A stretch of 64,000 nt of DNA, from positions 25,110,001 through 25,174,000 of the forward strand of contig OZ024758.1 in the NCBI GenBank assembly GCA_964016885.1, read 5' to 3'. Source of the DNA: Eledone cirrhosa (lineage: Eukaryota). A program made the position numbers and the translations under genes. Shown here piece by piece: positions 1-13,694 of this stretch (its first letter is position 1; each line of letters starts with the position of its first letter). Under the pieces are notes generated by a model. The model was not told where the DNA came from, ran no database searches, and saw only the letters and a list, made by a program, of their open reading frames with translations.

Positions 1-3000
1 CTAAGTCAGACTATCCAAGGTTCTAAGCCAGACTATCCAAGGTTCTAAGCCAGACTATCCAAGGTTCTAAGCCAGACTATCCAAGGTTCTAAGCCAGACT
101 ATCCAAGGTTCTAAGGCAGACTATCCAAGGTTCTAAGTCAGACTATCCAAGGTTCTAAGCCAGACTATCCAAGGTTCTAAGCCAGACTATCTGAGGTTCT
201 AAGCCAGACTATCTAAGGTTCTAAGCCAGACTATCTGAGGTTCTAAGCCAGACTATCCAAGGTTCTAAGCCAGACTATCTGAGGTTCTAAGCCAGACTAT
301 CCAAGGTTCTAAGCCAGACTATCCAAGGTTCTAAGCCAGACTATCCAAGGTTCTAAGTCAGACTATCCAAGGTTCTAAGCCAGACTATCCAAGGTTCTAA
401 GCCAGACTATCTGAGGTTCTAAGCCAGACTATCCAAGGTTCTAAGCCAGACTATCCAAGGTTCTAAGCCAGAATATCCAAGGTTCTAAGCCAGAATATCC
501 AAGGTTCTAAGCCAGAATATCCAAGGTTCTAAGCCAGACTATCCGAGGTTCTAAGCCAGACTATTCAAGGTTCTAAACCAGAATATCCAAGGTTCTAAGC
601 CAGACTATCTGAGGTTCTAAGCCAGACTATCCGAGGTTCTAAGCCAGACTATCCAAGGTTCTAAACCAGACTATCCAAGGTTCTAAACCAGACTATCCAA
701 GGTTCTAAACCAGACTATCTGAGGTTCTAAGCCAGACTATCTGAGGTTCTAAGCCAGAATATCCAAGGTTCTAAGCCAGACTATCCGAGGTTCTAAGCCA
801 GACTATCCGAGGTTCTAAGCCAGAATATCCAAGGTTCTAAGCCAGAATATCCAAGGTTCTAAGCCAGAATATCCAAGGTTCTAAGCCAGACTATCCGAGG
901 TTCTAAGCCAGACTATTCAAGGTTCTAAGCCAGACTATCTGAGGTTCTAAGCCAGAATATCCAAGGTTCTAAGCCAGACTATCCGAGGTTCTAAGCCAGA
1001 CTATTCAAGGTTCTAAGCCAGACTATCCAAGGTTCTAAGTCAGACTATCCAAGGTTCTAAGCCAGACTATCCAAGGTTCTAAGCCAAACTATCCAAGGTT
1101 CTAAGTCAGACTATCCAAGGTTCTAAGCCAGACTATCTGAGGTTCTAAGCCAGACTATCTGAGGTTCTAAGTCAGACTATCTAAGGTTCTAAGCCAGACT
1201 ATCCAAGGTTCTAAGCCAGACTATCCAAGGTTCTAAGCCAGACTATCTGAGGTTCTAAGCCAGACTATCCAAGGTTCTAAGCCAGACTATCCAAGGTTCT
1301 AAGCCAGACTATCTAAGGTTCTAAGCCAGACTATCCAAGGTTCTAAGCCAGACTATCTGAGGTTCTAAGCCAGACTATCCAAGGTTCTAAGCCAGACTAT
1401 CTAAGGTTCTAAGCCAGACTATCTGAGGTTCTAAGCCAGACTATCCAAGGTTCTAAGTCAGACTATCCAAGGTTCTAAGCCAGACTATCCAAGGTTCTAA
1501 GCCAGACTATCCAAGGTTCTAAACCAGACTGTCCAAGGTTCTAAGTCAGACTATCCAAGGTTCTAAGTCAGACTATCCAAGGTTCTAAGCCAGACTATCC
1601 AAGGTTCTAAGCCAGACTATCCAAGGTTCTAAGCCAGACTATCCAAGGTTCTAAGCCAGACTATCCAAGGTTCTAAGTCAGACTATCCAAGGTTCTAAGC
1701 CAGACTATCTGAGGTTCTAAGTCAGACTATCCAAGGTTCTAAACCAGACTATCCAAGGTTCTAAGTCAGACTATCCAAGGTTCTAAGTCAGACTATCTGA
1801 GGTTCTAAGTCAGACTATCCAATGTTCTAAGCCAGACTATCCAAGGTTCTAAGCCAGACTATCCAAGGTTCTAAGCCAGACTATCCAAGGTTCTAAGCCA
1901 GACTATCTGAGGTTCTAAGTCAGACTATCCAAGGTTCTAAGCCAGACTATCCAAGGTTCTAAGCCAGACTATCTGAGGTTCTAAGTCAGACTATCCAAGG
2001 TTCTAAGCCAGAATATCCAAGGTTCTAAGCCAGACTATCCAAGGTTCTAAGCCAGACTATCTGAGGTTCTAAGCCAGACTATCCAAGTTTCTAAGTCAGA
2101 CTATCTGAGGTTCTAAGCCAGACTATCCAAGGTTCTAAGTCAGACTATCTGAGGTTCTAAGCCAGACTATCCAAGGTTCTAAGTCAGACTATCTGAGGTT
2201 CTAAGCCAGACTATCCAAGGTTCTAAGTCAGACTATCTGAGGTTCTAAGCCAGACTATCCAAGGTTCTAAGTCAGACTATCTGAGGTTCTAAGCCAGACT
2301 ATCTGAGGTTCTAAGCCAGAATATCTGAGGTTCTAAGCCAGACTATCTGAGGTTCTAAGCCAGACTATCTGAGGTTCTAAGCCAGACTATCTGAGGTTCT
2401 AAGCCAGACTATCTGAGGTTCTAAGCCAGACTATCTGAGGTTCTAAGCCAGACTATCTGAGGTTCTAAACCAGACTATCCAAGGTTCTAAGCCAGACTAT
2501 CCGAGGTTCTAAGCCAGACTATCCGAGGTTCTAAGCCAGACTATCCAAGGTTCTAAGCCAGACTATCCAAGTTTCTAAGCCAGACTATCCAAGGTTGTAA
2601 GTCAGACTATCCAAGGTTCTAAGTCAGACTATCTGAGGTTCTAAGTCAGACTATCCAATGTTCTAAGCCAGACTATCCAAGGTTCTAAGCCAGACTATCC
2701 AAGGTTCTAAGCCAGACTATCCAAGGTTCTAAGCCAGACTATCTGAGGTTCTAAGTCAGACTATCCAAGGTTCTAAGCCAGACTATCCAAGGTTCTAAGC
2801 CAGACTATCCAAGGTTCTAAGCCAGAATATCCAAGGTTCTAAGCCAGACTATCCAAGGTTCTAAGCCAGACTATCTGAGGTTCTAAGCCAGACTATCCAA
2901 GTTTCTAAGTCAGACTATCTGAGGTTCTAAGCCAGACTATCCAAGGTTCTAAGTCAGACTATCTGAGGTTCTAAGCCAGACTATCCAAGGTTCTAAGTCA

Positions 3001-6000
3001 GACTATCTGAGGTTCTAAGCCAGACTATCCAAGGTTCTAAGTCAGACTATCTGAGGTTCTAAGCCAGACTATCTGAGGTTCTAAGCCAGAATATCTGAGG
3101 TTCTAAGCCAGACTATCTGAGGTTCTAAGCCAGACTATCTGAGGTTCTAAGCCAGACTAACTGAGGTTCTAAGCCAGACTATCTGAGGTTCTAAGCCAGA
3201 CTATCTGAGGTTCTAAGCCAGACTATCTGAGGTTCTAAGCCAGACTATCTGAGGTTCTAAGCCAGACTATCTGAGGTTCTAAACCAGACTATCCAAGGTT
3301 CTAAGCCAGACTATCTGAGGTTCTAAGCCAGACTATCTGAGGTTCTAAGCCAGAATATCCAAGTTTCTAAGCCAGAATATCCAAGGTTCTAAGCCAGACT
3401 ATCCAAGGTTCTAAGCCAGACTATCCAAGGTTCTAAGCCAGACTATCTGAGGTCCTAAGCCAGACTATCTGAGGTTCTAAGCCAGACTATCTGAGGTTCT
3501 AAGCCAGACTATCTGAGGTTCTAAGCCAGACTATCTGAGGTTCTAAGCCAGACTATCTGAGGTTCTAAGCCAGACTATCTGAGGTTCTAAGCCAGACTAT
3601 CTGAGATTCTAAGCCAGACTATCCAAGGTTCTAAGTCAGACTATCTGAGGTTCTAAGCCAGACTATCCAAGGTTCTAAGTCAGACTATCTGAGGTTCTAA
3701 GCCAGACTATCTGAGGTTCTAAGCCAGACTATCTGAGGTTCTAAGCCAGACTATCTGAGGTTCTAAGCCAGACTATCTGAGGTTCTAAGCCAGACTATCC
3801 AAGGTTCTAAGCCAGACTATCTGAGGTTCTAAGCCAGACTATCTGAGGTTCTAAGCCAGACTATCCAAGGTTCTAAGTCAGACTATCTGAGGTTCTAAGC
3901 CAGACTATCTGAGGTTCTAAGCCAGACTATCTGAGGTTCTAAGCCAGACTATCTGAGGTTCTAAGCCAGACTATCCAAGGTTCTAAGCCAGACTATCTGA
4001 GGTTCTAAGCCAGACTATCTGAGGTTCTAAGCCAGACTATCTGAGGTTCTAAGCCAGACTATCTGAGGTTCTAAGCCAGACTATCTGAGGTTCTAAACCA
4101 GACTATCCAAGGTTCTAAGCCAGACTATCTGAGGTTCTAAGCCAGACTATCTGAGGTTCTAAGCCAGACTATCTGAGGTTCTAAGCCAGAATATCCGAGG
4201 TTCTAAGCCAGACTATCTGAGGTTCTAAGCCAGACTATCTGAAGTTCTAAGCCAGACTATCTGAGGTTCTAAGCCAGACTATCTGAGGTTCTAAGCCAGA
4301 CTATCCGAGGTTCTAAGCCAGACTATCTGAGGTTCTAAGCCAGAATATCCGAGGTTCTAAGCCAGACTATCTGAGGTTCTAAGCCAGACTATCTGAGGTT
4401 CTAAGCCAGACTATCTGAGGTTCTAAGCCAGACTATCCAAGGTTCTAAGCCAGACTATCTGAGGTTCTAAGCCAGACTATCCAAGGTTCTAAGTCAGACT
4501 ATCCGAGGTTCTAAGCCAGACTATTCAAGGTTCTAAGCCAGACTATCTGAGGTTCTAAGCCAGAATATCCAAGGTTCTAAGCCAGACTATCCGAGGTTCT
4601 AAGCCAGACTATTCAAGGTTCTAAGCCAGACTATCCAAGGTTCTAAGTCAGACTATCCAAGGTTCTAAGCCAGACTATCCAAGGTTCTAAGCCAAACTAT
4701 CCAAGGTTCTAAGTCAGACTATCCAAGGTTCTAAGCCAGACTATCTGAGGTTCTAAGCCAGACTATCTGAGGTTCTAAGTCAGACTATCTAAGGTTCTAA
4801 GCCAGACTATCCAAGGTTCTAAGCCAGACTATCCAAGGTTCTAAGCCAGACTATCTGAGGTTCTAAGCCAGACTATCCAAGGTTCTAAGCCAGACTATCC
4901 AAGGTTCTAAGCCAGACTATCTAAGGTTCTAAGCCAGACTATCCAAGGTTCTAAGCCAGACTATCTGAGGTTCTAAGCCAGACTATCCAAGGTTCTAAGC
5001 CAGACTATCTAAGGTTCTAAGCCAGACTATCTGAGGTTCTAAGCCAGACTATCCAAGGTTCTAAGTCAGACTATCCAAGGTTCTAAGCCAGACTATCCAA
5101 GGTTCTAAGCCAGACTATCCAAGGTTCTAAACCAGACTATCCAAGGTTCTAAGTCAGACTATCCAAGGTTCTAAGTCAGACTATCCAAGGTTCTAAGCCA
5201 GACTATCCAAGGTTCTAAGCCAGACTATCCAAGGTTCTAAGCCAGACTATCCAAGGTTCTAAGTCAGACTATCCAAGGTTCTAAGCCAGACTATCTGAGG
5301 TTCTAAGTCAGACTATCCAAGGTTCTAAACCAGACTATCCAAGGTTCTAAACCAGACTATCCAAGGTTCTAAGCCAGACTATCCAAGGTTCTAAGCCAGA
5401 CTATCCAAGGTTCTAAGCCAGACTATCCAAGGTTCTAAGCCAGACTATCCAAGGTTCTAAGTCAGACTATCCAAGGTTCTAAGCCAGACTATCCAAGGTT
5501 CTAAGCCAGACTATCCAAGGTTCTAAGTCAGACTATCCAAGGTTCTAAGTCAGACTATCTGAGGTTCTAAGTCAGACTATCCAATGTTCTAAGCCAGACT
5601 ATCCAAGGTTCTAAGCCAGACTATCCAAGGTTCTAAGCCAGACTATCCAAGGTTCTAAGCCAGACTATCTGAGGTTCTAAGTCAGACTATCCAAGGTTCT
5701 AAGCCAGACTATCCAAGGTTCTAAGCCAGACTATCTGAGGTTCTAAGTCAGACTATCCAAGGTTCTAAGCCAGAATATCCAAGGTTCTAAGCCAGACTAT
5801 CCAAGGTTCTAAGCCAGACTATCTGAGGTTCTAAGCCAGACTATCCAAGGTTCTAAGTCAGACTATCTGAGGTTCTAAGCCAGACTATCCAAGGTTCTAA
5901 GTCAGACTATCTGAGGTTCTAAGCCAGACTATCCAAGGTTCTAAGTCAGACTATCTGAGGTTCTAAGCCAGACTATCCAAGGTTCTAAGTCAGACTATCT

Positions 6001-9000
6001 GAGGTTCTAAGCCAGACTATCTGAGGTTCTAAGCCAGAATATCTGAGGTTCTAAGCCAGACTATCTGAGGTTCTAAGCCAGACTATCTGAGGTTCTAAGC
6101 CAGACTATCTGAGGTTCTAAGCCAGACTATCTGAGGTTCTAAGCCAGACTATCTGAGGTTCTAAGCCAGACTATCTGAGGTTCTAAACCAGACTATCCAA
6201 GGTTCTAAGCCAGACTATCTGAGGTTCTAAGCCAGACTATCCGAGGTTCTAAGCCAGACTATCCAAGGTTCTAAGCCAGACTATCCAAGTTTCTAAGCCA
6301 GACTATCCAAGGTTCTAAGTCAGACTATCCAAGGTTCTAAGTCAGACTATCTGAGGTTCTAAGTCAGACTATCCAATGTTCTAAGCCAGACTATCCAAGG
6401 TTCTAAGCCAGACTATCCAAGGTTCTAAGCCAGACTATCCAAGGTTCTAAGCCAGACTATCTGAGGTTCTAAGTCAGACTATCCAAGGTTCTAAGCCAGA
6501 CTATCCAAGGTTCTAAGCCAGACTATCTGAGGTTCTAAGTCAGACTATCCAAGGTTCTAAGCCAGAATATCCAAGGTTCTAAGCCAGACTATCCAAGGTT
6601 CTAAGCCAGACTATCTGAGGTTCTAAGCCAGACTATCCAAGTTTCTAAGTCAGACTATCTGAGGTTCTAAGCCAGACTATCCAAGGTTCTAAGTCAGACT
6701 ATCTGAGGTTCTAAGCCAGACTATCCAAGGTTCTAAGTCAGACTATCTGAGGTTCTAAGCCAGACTATCCAAGGTTCTAAGTCAGACTATCTGAGGTTCT
6801 AAGCCAGACTATCTGAGGTTCTAAGCCAGAATATCTGAGGTTCTAAGCCAAACTATCTGAGGTTCTAAGCCAGACTATCTGAGGTTCTAAGCCAGACTAA
6901 CTGAGGTTCTAAGCCAGACTATCTGAGGTTCTAAGCCAGACTATCTGAGGTTCTAAGCCAGACTATCTGAGGTTCTAAGCCAGACTATCTGAGGTTCTAA
7001 GCCAGACTATCTGAGGTTCTAAACCAGACTATCCAAGGTTCTAAGCCAGACTATCTGAGGTTCTAAGCCAGACTATCTGAGGTTCTAAGCCAGAATATCC
7101 AAGTTTCTAAGCCAGAATATCCAAGGTTCTAAGCCAGAATATCCAAGGTTCTAAGCCAGACTATCCAAGGTTCTAAGCCAGACTATCTGAGGTCCTAAGC
7201 CAGACTATCTGAGGTTCTAAGCCAGACTATCTGAGGTTCTAAGCCAGACTATCTGAGGTTCTAAGCCAGACTATCTGAGGTTCTAAGCCAGACTATCTGA
7301 GGTTCTAAGCCAGACTATCTGAGGTTCTAAGCCAGACTATCTGAGGTTCTAAGCCAGACTATCTGAGATTCTAAGCCAGACTATCCAAGGTTCTAAGTCA
7401 GACTATCTGAGGTTCTAAGCCAGACTATCCAAGGTTCTAAGTCAGACTATCTGAGGTTCTAAGCCAGACTATCTGAGGTTCTAAGCCAGACTATCTGAGG
7501 TTCTAAGCCAGACTATCTGAGGTTCTAAGCCAGACTATCTGAGGTTCTAAGCCAGACTATCCAAGGTTCTAAGCCAGACTATCTGAGGTTCTAAGCCAGA
7601 CTATCCAAGGTTCTAAGTCAGACTATCTGAAGTTCTAAGCCAGACTATCTGAGGTTCTAAGCCAGACTATCTGAGGTTCTAAGCCAGACTATCTGAGGTT
7701 CTAAGCCAGACTATCCAAGGTTCTAAGCCAGACTATCTGAGGTTCTAAGCCAGACTATCTGAGGTTCTAAGCCAGACTATCTGAGGTTCTAAGCCAGACT
7801 ATCTCAGGTTCTAAGCCAGACTATCTGAGGTTCTAAACCAGACTATCCAAGGTTCTAAGCCAGACTATCTGAGGTTCTAAGCCAGACTATCTGAGGTTCT
7901 AAGCCAGACTATCTGAGGTTCTAAGCCAGAATATCCGAGGTTCTAAGCCAGACTATCTGAGGTTCTAAGCCAGACTATCTGAGGTTCTAAGCCAGACTAT
8001 CTGAGGTTCTAAGCCAGACTATCTGAGGTTCTAAGCCAGACTATCCGAGGTTCTAAGCCAGACTATCTGAGGTTCTTTCTAAGCCAGAATATCCGAGGTT
8101 CTAAGCCAGACTATCTGAGGTTCTAAGCCAGACTATCTGAGGTTCTAAGCCAGACTATCCAAGGTTCTAAGCCAGACTATCTGAGGTTCTAAGCCAGACT
8201 ATCCAAGGTTCTAAGTCAGACTATCTGAGGTTCTAAGCCAGACTATCTGAGGTTCTAAGCCAGACTATCTGAGGTTCTAAGCCAGACTATCTGAGGTTCT
8301 AAGCCAGACTATCTGAGGTTCTAAGCCAGACTATCTGAGGTTCTAAGCCAGATTATCCAAGGTTCTAAGCCAGACTATCTGAGGTTCTAAGTCAGACTAT
8401 CTGAGGTTCTAAGCCAGACTATCTGAGGTTCTAAGCCAGACTATCTGAGGTTCTAAGCCAGACTATCTGAGGTTCTAAGCCAGACTATCTGAGGTTCTAA
8501 GCCAGACTATCCAAGGTTCTAAGCCAGACTATCTGAGGTTCTAAGCCAGACTATCTGAGGTTCTAAGCCAGACTATCTGAGGTTCTAAGCCAGACTATCT
8601 GAGGTTCTAAGCCAGACTATTTGAGGTTCTAAACCAGACTATCCAAGGTTCTAAGCCAGACTATCTGAGGTTCTAAGCCAGACTATCTGAGGTTCTAAGC
8701 CAGACTATCTGAGGTTCTAAGCCAGAATATCCGAGGTTCTAAGCCAGACTATCTGAGGTTCTAAGCCAGACTATCTGAGGTTCTAAGCCAGACTATCTGA
8801 GGTTCTAAGCCAGACTATCTGAGGTTCTAAGCCAGACTATCTGAGGTTCTAAGCCAGACTATCCGAGGTTCTAAGCCAGACTATCTGAGGTTCTAAGCCA
8901 GAATATCCGAGGTTCTAAGCCAGACTATCTGAGGTTCTAAGCCAGACTATCTGAGGTTCTAAGCCAGACTATCCGAGGTTCTAAGCCAGACTATCCGAGG

Positions 9001-9045
9001 TTCTAAGCCAGACTATCCAAGGTTCTAAGCCAGACTTTCCAAGGT
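1..9045. repeat. 22-bp tandem satellite, consensus GGTTCTAAGCCAGACTATC(CA/TG)A, about 410 units, runs off the left edge
   Basis: Period 22 read directly (CTAAG at 1, 23, 45...); in-unit stop codons cycle through the frames, so there are no ORFs. Confidence 0.99.
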
Positions 9046-9383
9046 GGAATGAGGAAGATAAACTACATAACACAATAGTAGCAATAAAAGAAGAAAAAAA
9101 AAAAGATAAAATGTGTGGAGAGACAGCTTAAGAGAATTTTGAAGAATTAGCAAAAAATCAGACCACAGTCTCCAATGAAGAATATATAAGATTTGTCAAA
9201 GTTGCATTGCTGTCTTATCAGATATTTTGAAAATGAAGAGCTGTGGAGCTGAAAAACAACCTGCTTTCAGATAAGACTGTAATAGTTGGAAATGTCATGG
9301 CAATTACTGCAATGACAGATGAGTTATACAGACTACAACCAAGATATGAAAGCACTAAAAAGATACATTCCTATATCTTAGAG

Positions 9384-9708
9384 AAGAAATTCTCTTGTTG
9401 GGCCATCGCCCTCCCTCACAGTGAAGTAATACCCTCAGCGCCCCCAACCCTATTTCCAGAGACCTGATAACATGAAAATTATAAATAATATATAATAATA
9501 AATAATATATAATAATAAAATTGTTAATTTATATATAATAAATAATATAATATATACTATGTATAAATAAATATTATATTTTTTTTATTTTACTATATTT
9601 ATATATAATATGTATCAATTGATATTTAATATACTATTATATCAATTCTACCACGCCCTGGACCTTCACACCACTCGCCCGTGGTAGCACAGACTTTGAG
9701 AATCTCTG
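9384..9708. mobile_element. Non-autonomous hAT/Charlie-like element, decayed
   Basis: End TTTGAGAATCTCTG (reverse complement of a CAGAGGTTCTCAAA-like TIR); 8-bp flanks TCTTAGAG/TCTTAGGG; body shared with 13109-13590 and 37547-38293. Confidence 0.65.
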
Positions 9709-9767
9709 TCTTAGGGGCATGAAGGTGACATTTATATCAAATGAAAACAGTCTTTTATTATTTGAAA

Positions 9768-9920
9768 TGCTACGTCCCTTTACGTTCTGAGTTCAAATCC
9801 CGCCGAGGTTAGCTTTGCCTTTCATCCTTACGGGGGGGGGGGGGGGGGGGGCGATAAAATAAAGTACCAGTAATGTACTGGGTAATTGCTGGCCTTGTGC
9901 CAAAAGTAGGAACAATTATT
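9768..9920 (+). mobile_element. tRNA-derived SINE family 2 fragment; about 15 further full or partial copies in window
   Basis: B box GAGTTCAAATCC plus conserved body GCCTTTCATCCTTACGGGGTCGATAAAATAAAGTACCAG...GGCCTTGTGCCAAAAGTAGAAACAATTATT, also near 17180, 17550, 17990, 21070, 35290, 37950, 43070, 46925, 47150, 57875, 61935. Confidence 0.8.
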
Positions 9921-10453
9921 TGAAATGTGAACATACATCAGGCACACTTCTATTAATTATTGAACTGTCAATTAGTGATTTCTAATTTAGGCAAAAGGCC
10001 AGCAATTTCAGGAGAGAGGTTTGTGGGTTGATTCAATCGACCCTCTGTACTTTACTGCTACCGTTTTATTGACCCTGGAAGGATGAAAAGCTTAGCTGAC
10101 CTCGGTATGATATGAACTGAGAACATTTAGTGTCAAACAACTCTGCTGTATTGACTTACAATGTTAAGATATATTACAGGGGGCAAAGTAGCAGAGTCAT
10201 TAGAAACTCAGATAGAATGCTTTGCAGTGTTCAGTTCAGCTCTCTGAGTTCAAATCCCACCGAAGCCAACTTTGCTGTTCGTCCTTTAGTTATGGGACCA
10301 GGCATGCATACATAAGTTATATTACTCCGAGTTTAGCTTTGAGATACAAACTTGAATGCTACTCATTATCATTCATAAATACTCCATTACAATATGCACA
10401 TTTTCAGAGATAAATCAATTTCAACAAATAGCATTTTCAATAGTGAAATACAA

Positions 10454-11065
10454 TTAACCCATTAGCATTTAAACCAGCTGTATCCAGTCAGAATTCTCCT
10501 GTTCAAACTGGCCATAACCAGCTGCTAAGGTATTGTTCTCAAAATAAATAATATCAAAATCTCGAGATTCAATATTATGTGAGATAGTTATATGAAATAA
10601 AGTGTTTACTATGAAAATACAATAGTAAATATAGAGGTAATGTAAATACTAGATTCGATATTCATCATTTCATTTTACGTTCACTTTTCCCTGATTGCAA
10701 GGGTGGGACGGGAACTGATTCTGGCTTGATTTCTACAGCTGGATGCCCATTTACAGTGAGTGCTGGGTGCTTTTTTTGCCGTGGCACCTCCACGACCACT
10801 TTGCAGTGGAATGATAGGGACCTCAGTCCCTATCATCTCATTTCTACAGCTGAGTAAACTGGAGTAATGTGAAATAAAGTGTCTTGCTCTAGGAAACAAC
10901 ACATCACCCGGTCTGAGAATTGAACTCACAACCTTTCGATTGCAAGGCCAATGCTCTAACCACTAAGCCATGTGCCTCCATTATGTAAGATAATTATATG
11001 AAATAAAACCTTTACCATGAAAATACAATAGTAAATATAGAGGTAATGTAAATGCTAAGGGTTAA
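10454..11065. mobile_element. piggyBac-type MITE family A, with a duplicated internal segment and a nested CORE-SINE
   Basis: TTAA-CCCATTAGCATTT ... AAATGCTAAGGG-TTAA; SINE inside at 10662-10980. Confidence 0.85.
10662..10980 (-). mobile_element. tRNA-derived CORE-SINE (family 1) with RTE-type 3' tail
   Basis: A box TGGCTTAGTGG, B box GAGTTCAATTC, MIR/CORE-like CCTTGAGCAAGACACTT...CAGTTTACTCAGCTGTAGAAATG, (GAT)n-type tail. Confidence 0.85.
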
Positions 11066-11108
11066 ACAAACTAATGTAAATTATATAACAAAAAATAATA
11101 TCACTTAC

Positions 11109-11231
11109 AAGCTTCAGTTCCCTGTGTAGGATCTTCATTTTCACTGGAACCAATGTTTCTTTGTAGAGCGAGCCTTCGCCGTACTTTGATGATTTCTTTT
11201 TTTATTCTTTTTGCAAATTTAGAGCGCTTGC
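11109..11231 (-). CDS. BRPF1: BRPF1-family exon F (last exon found in window; not in ORF track)
   Basis: tttctctag|GC AAG...GCT T|gtaagt; 123 nt, phase 1-1; (G)KRSKFAKRIKKEIIKVRRRLALQRNIGSSENEDPTQGTEA resembles the BRPF segment RS.RAK.IKKE...LRRKLA.QR. Confidence 0.88.
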
Positions 11232-12107
11232 CTAGAGAAAGTATTTATTGGAAGTAATGTCATTCATCAAAATATATAAATAAATAAATAAATATAAAAA
11301 GAAATTGCTCAAGAGGTTAACATTTTCAGGGGTAAATACAACTGCATAAGTTACAAGCTGCTAAGAAATTAGTCTCCAAAGATCTGTCAATGTCAAATTA
11401 TTTAGTTGTTGTTCAGTTTAGTCAAGGGAGAGATAAATAGTGGCCATGACACTTTTTTTTTCTGGATGACAAATCTATAGAAATATTTTTATAACAGTAA
11501 CAAGTTATGAGACTATGCAAAAAAAGGTAGCTATCTTATTCAACGACCCTGATAAAACACACCCAGGCCACACAGAAAATGTGGTTGGTGTGGGGAAAGG
11601 TATCCATTTATAGAAATCAAGCCAGAAACAGTTCTGTATGAGCAAGATATTGTCATCTGATCTGACTTGTCTCACAACAGGACAAGCTGTTTAACCCATG
11701 CTAGCGTGAAAAAAATGGATGTATGGTGACAATGACACTACTCCTGTAGCTAAAATACTTTCATAACACTGACAAAAGGTTTAAACACACTATGTTACTA
11801 TGTGAAAGTCATGACAACCTCCCTAGTGTTCGTGATTTACACAATACAAACCCCCAGTACACTCTGTAAAGTGGTTGGGGATAGGAAGGACATTCAACTG
11901 TAGAAAATATGCCAAATAAAGGCTTTTGAAGACTTTTAAGCTGTGTCAGAGAGATGGTACCCTCGTTTGTGCAAGTGCTATGATAAAATGCACTCTCTAG
12001 AGCATGGAAATGTCTTGTAAGTGAAATGCAGGCCCTTGGTCCACTTAAGCATTTGGTTGAGTGTGAGAGTATAAGTAAGGTGAAGAACACATATCTATTC
12101 TACTTAC

Positions 12108-12209
12108 CACCATGAGGTATGCTATTCGTCATGTCCATTCTGTCCAATAGCAAACTTAATTGCTCTTTCAAGGGCATGTCTTCCTTAACATCTTGTAGAA
12201 AGCTGTCAA
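12108..12209 (-). CDS. BRPF1: BRPF1-family exon E
   Basis: cttatttcag|TT GAC...GGT G|gtaagt; 102 nt, phase 1-1; (F)DSFLQDVKEDMPLKEQLSLLLDRMDMTNSIPHG, BRPF-like P..EQL..LL.R.D motif. Confidence 0.88.
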
Positions 12210-12255
12210 CTGAAATAAGAAAGTGAAGAACTCTTGTAAATATATATATATTACA

Positions 12256-12870
12256 TTTAGAAAGAAACAAAGCCTGCATGCTCCGATGGATGTGTAATAG
12301 TAATATACGCGAACGGCAAAGCATAAATGAATTGAGAGAGAGACTGAGCATAAGAGGAATCAAATGCTGTGCAGGAGAGGCGGTTGCGTTGGTATGGACA
12401 TGCAATGCGTATGAAGGATGACAGCTGCATAAAAAGGTGCAGAGCACTAGAAGTCGATGGAAGCCGTGGAGTGGGGAGACCCAAGAAGACCTGGGATGAG
12501 GTGATAAAAGCCGACCTTACCCAAGTGCACCTCTCAAAGACGATGACACACGACCGTGACCTCTGGTGTCACGCAGTAATACAGAACCCCCCACGGGTAC
12601 AAGCCGAAGCTGAAGCAGACAATATGGCTCCACACCCTCCCACTGTTAAGTGGTCGTGGAGGTGCCACGGCAAAAAAGCACCCAGCCCACACAGTAAATG
12701 AGGTTGGTGTTAGGAAGGGCATCCAGCTGTAGAAATCAAGCCAGAATCAATTCCCGTATGAGCAAGACATGGTCAGCCGACCAGACACTACCCACAACAG
12801 GACAACCCGTCTAACCCATGCTATAGCGTGGAAGAATGGATGTAAAACAGTGAAGATGATGATGATGATT
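12256..12870 (+). mobile_element. RTE-clade LINE 3' fragment, frameshifted
   Basis: ERRLRWYGHAMRM...GRPKKTWDEVI homologous to the C-terminus of the 28117-30043 element; same 3' UTR motifs and (GAT)n tail; starts at a (TA)n tract about 46 bp from the exon E acceptor. Confidence 0.9.
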
Positions 12871-13108
12871 ACATACGAGAAGAAGTTACATAGATCATCA
12901 TGAAGGCATGAATGTCACAACGTCCCATTCACCTGTCTTTAATGAAATATAAGTTAAATTCAGGTGGCTAACAGAATCAGTAAAATGTCAGAAAAAAAAT
13001 ACCTGGTGGTATTTAATTATGTTGCTTTAAATCCCCCTCCCCCCCACGGTGTCTTAGCCCTAAGTAGTGGCGAGAGGCATTGTTGATGTAATCAACCATG
13101 CCCTAAAA

Positions 13109-13590
13109 CAGAGGTTCTGAAAATGGGAGCTCCCCCACCCCCAGATGAGGGCTTGAGAAGGTCCAGGAGGGCTGTGGCGTCTACGGAGGTGGTAGGGATG
13201 GTAGAGACAATATAATAGTATATTAAATATCAAATAATACATATTATATATAAATATAGTAAAATAAAAAATATATATTTGTTTATACATTTATACATGG
13301 TATATATTATATGATTTATAAATTAATGGTATATATTATATGATTTATAAATTAATGGTATATATTATATGATTTATAAATTAATGGTATATATTATATT
13401 ATTTATAAATTAATGGTATATATTATATGATTTATAAATTAATGGTATATATTATATTATTTATAAATTAACGATTTTATTTATATATTATCTACAATTT
13501 GTGTAGGTAGGGTCTCACTGGAAATAGGGTTGGTGGGGAGGGCTGAGGCGATTACGTGGCCGTGAGGAGGGGGGGGGATGAGAACATATG
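13109..13590. mobile_element. Non-autonomous hAT/Charlie-like element containing 6 copies of a 29-bp tandem repeat (13297-13470)
   Basis: Starts CAGAGGTTCTGAAA; internal unit ATGGTATATATTATATGATTTATAAATTA; homologous to 9384-9708 in inverted orientation. Confidence 0.65.
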
Positions 13591-13651
13591 ACCTAAAGTG
13601 GTGCCCTAGCATGTCTTACAGACCACTAACTGAAAGCAGTATAAGATAAAT

Positions 13652-13694
<43 letters not shown>

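Noticed and set aside
1-9045. 22-bp array as CRISPR, telomere or coding repeat
   Set aside because: No unique spacers, no TTAGGG-type G-rich unit, and stop codons in all frames
9046-11108. Next downstream BRPF1 exon, or ORF 9243-9467 as a gene
   Set aside because: No recognisable homology or convincing phase-1 exon; the region is mostly hAT, SINE and MITE remnants
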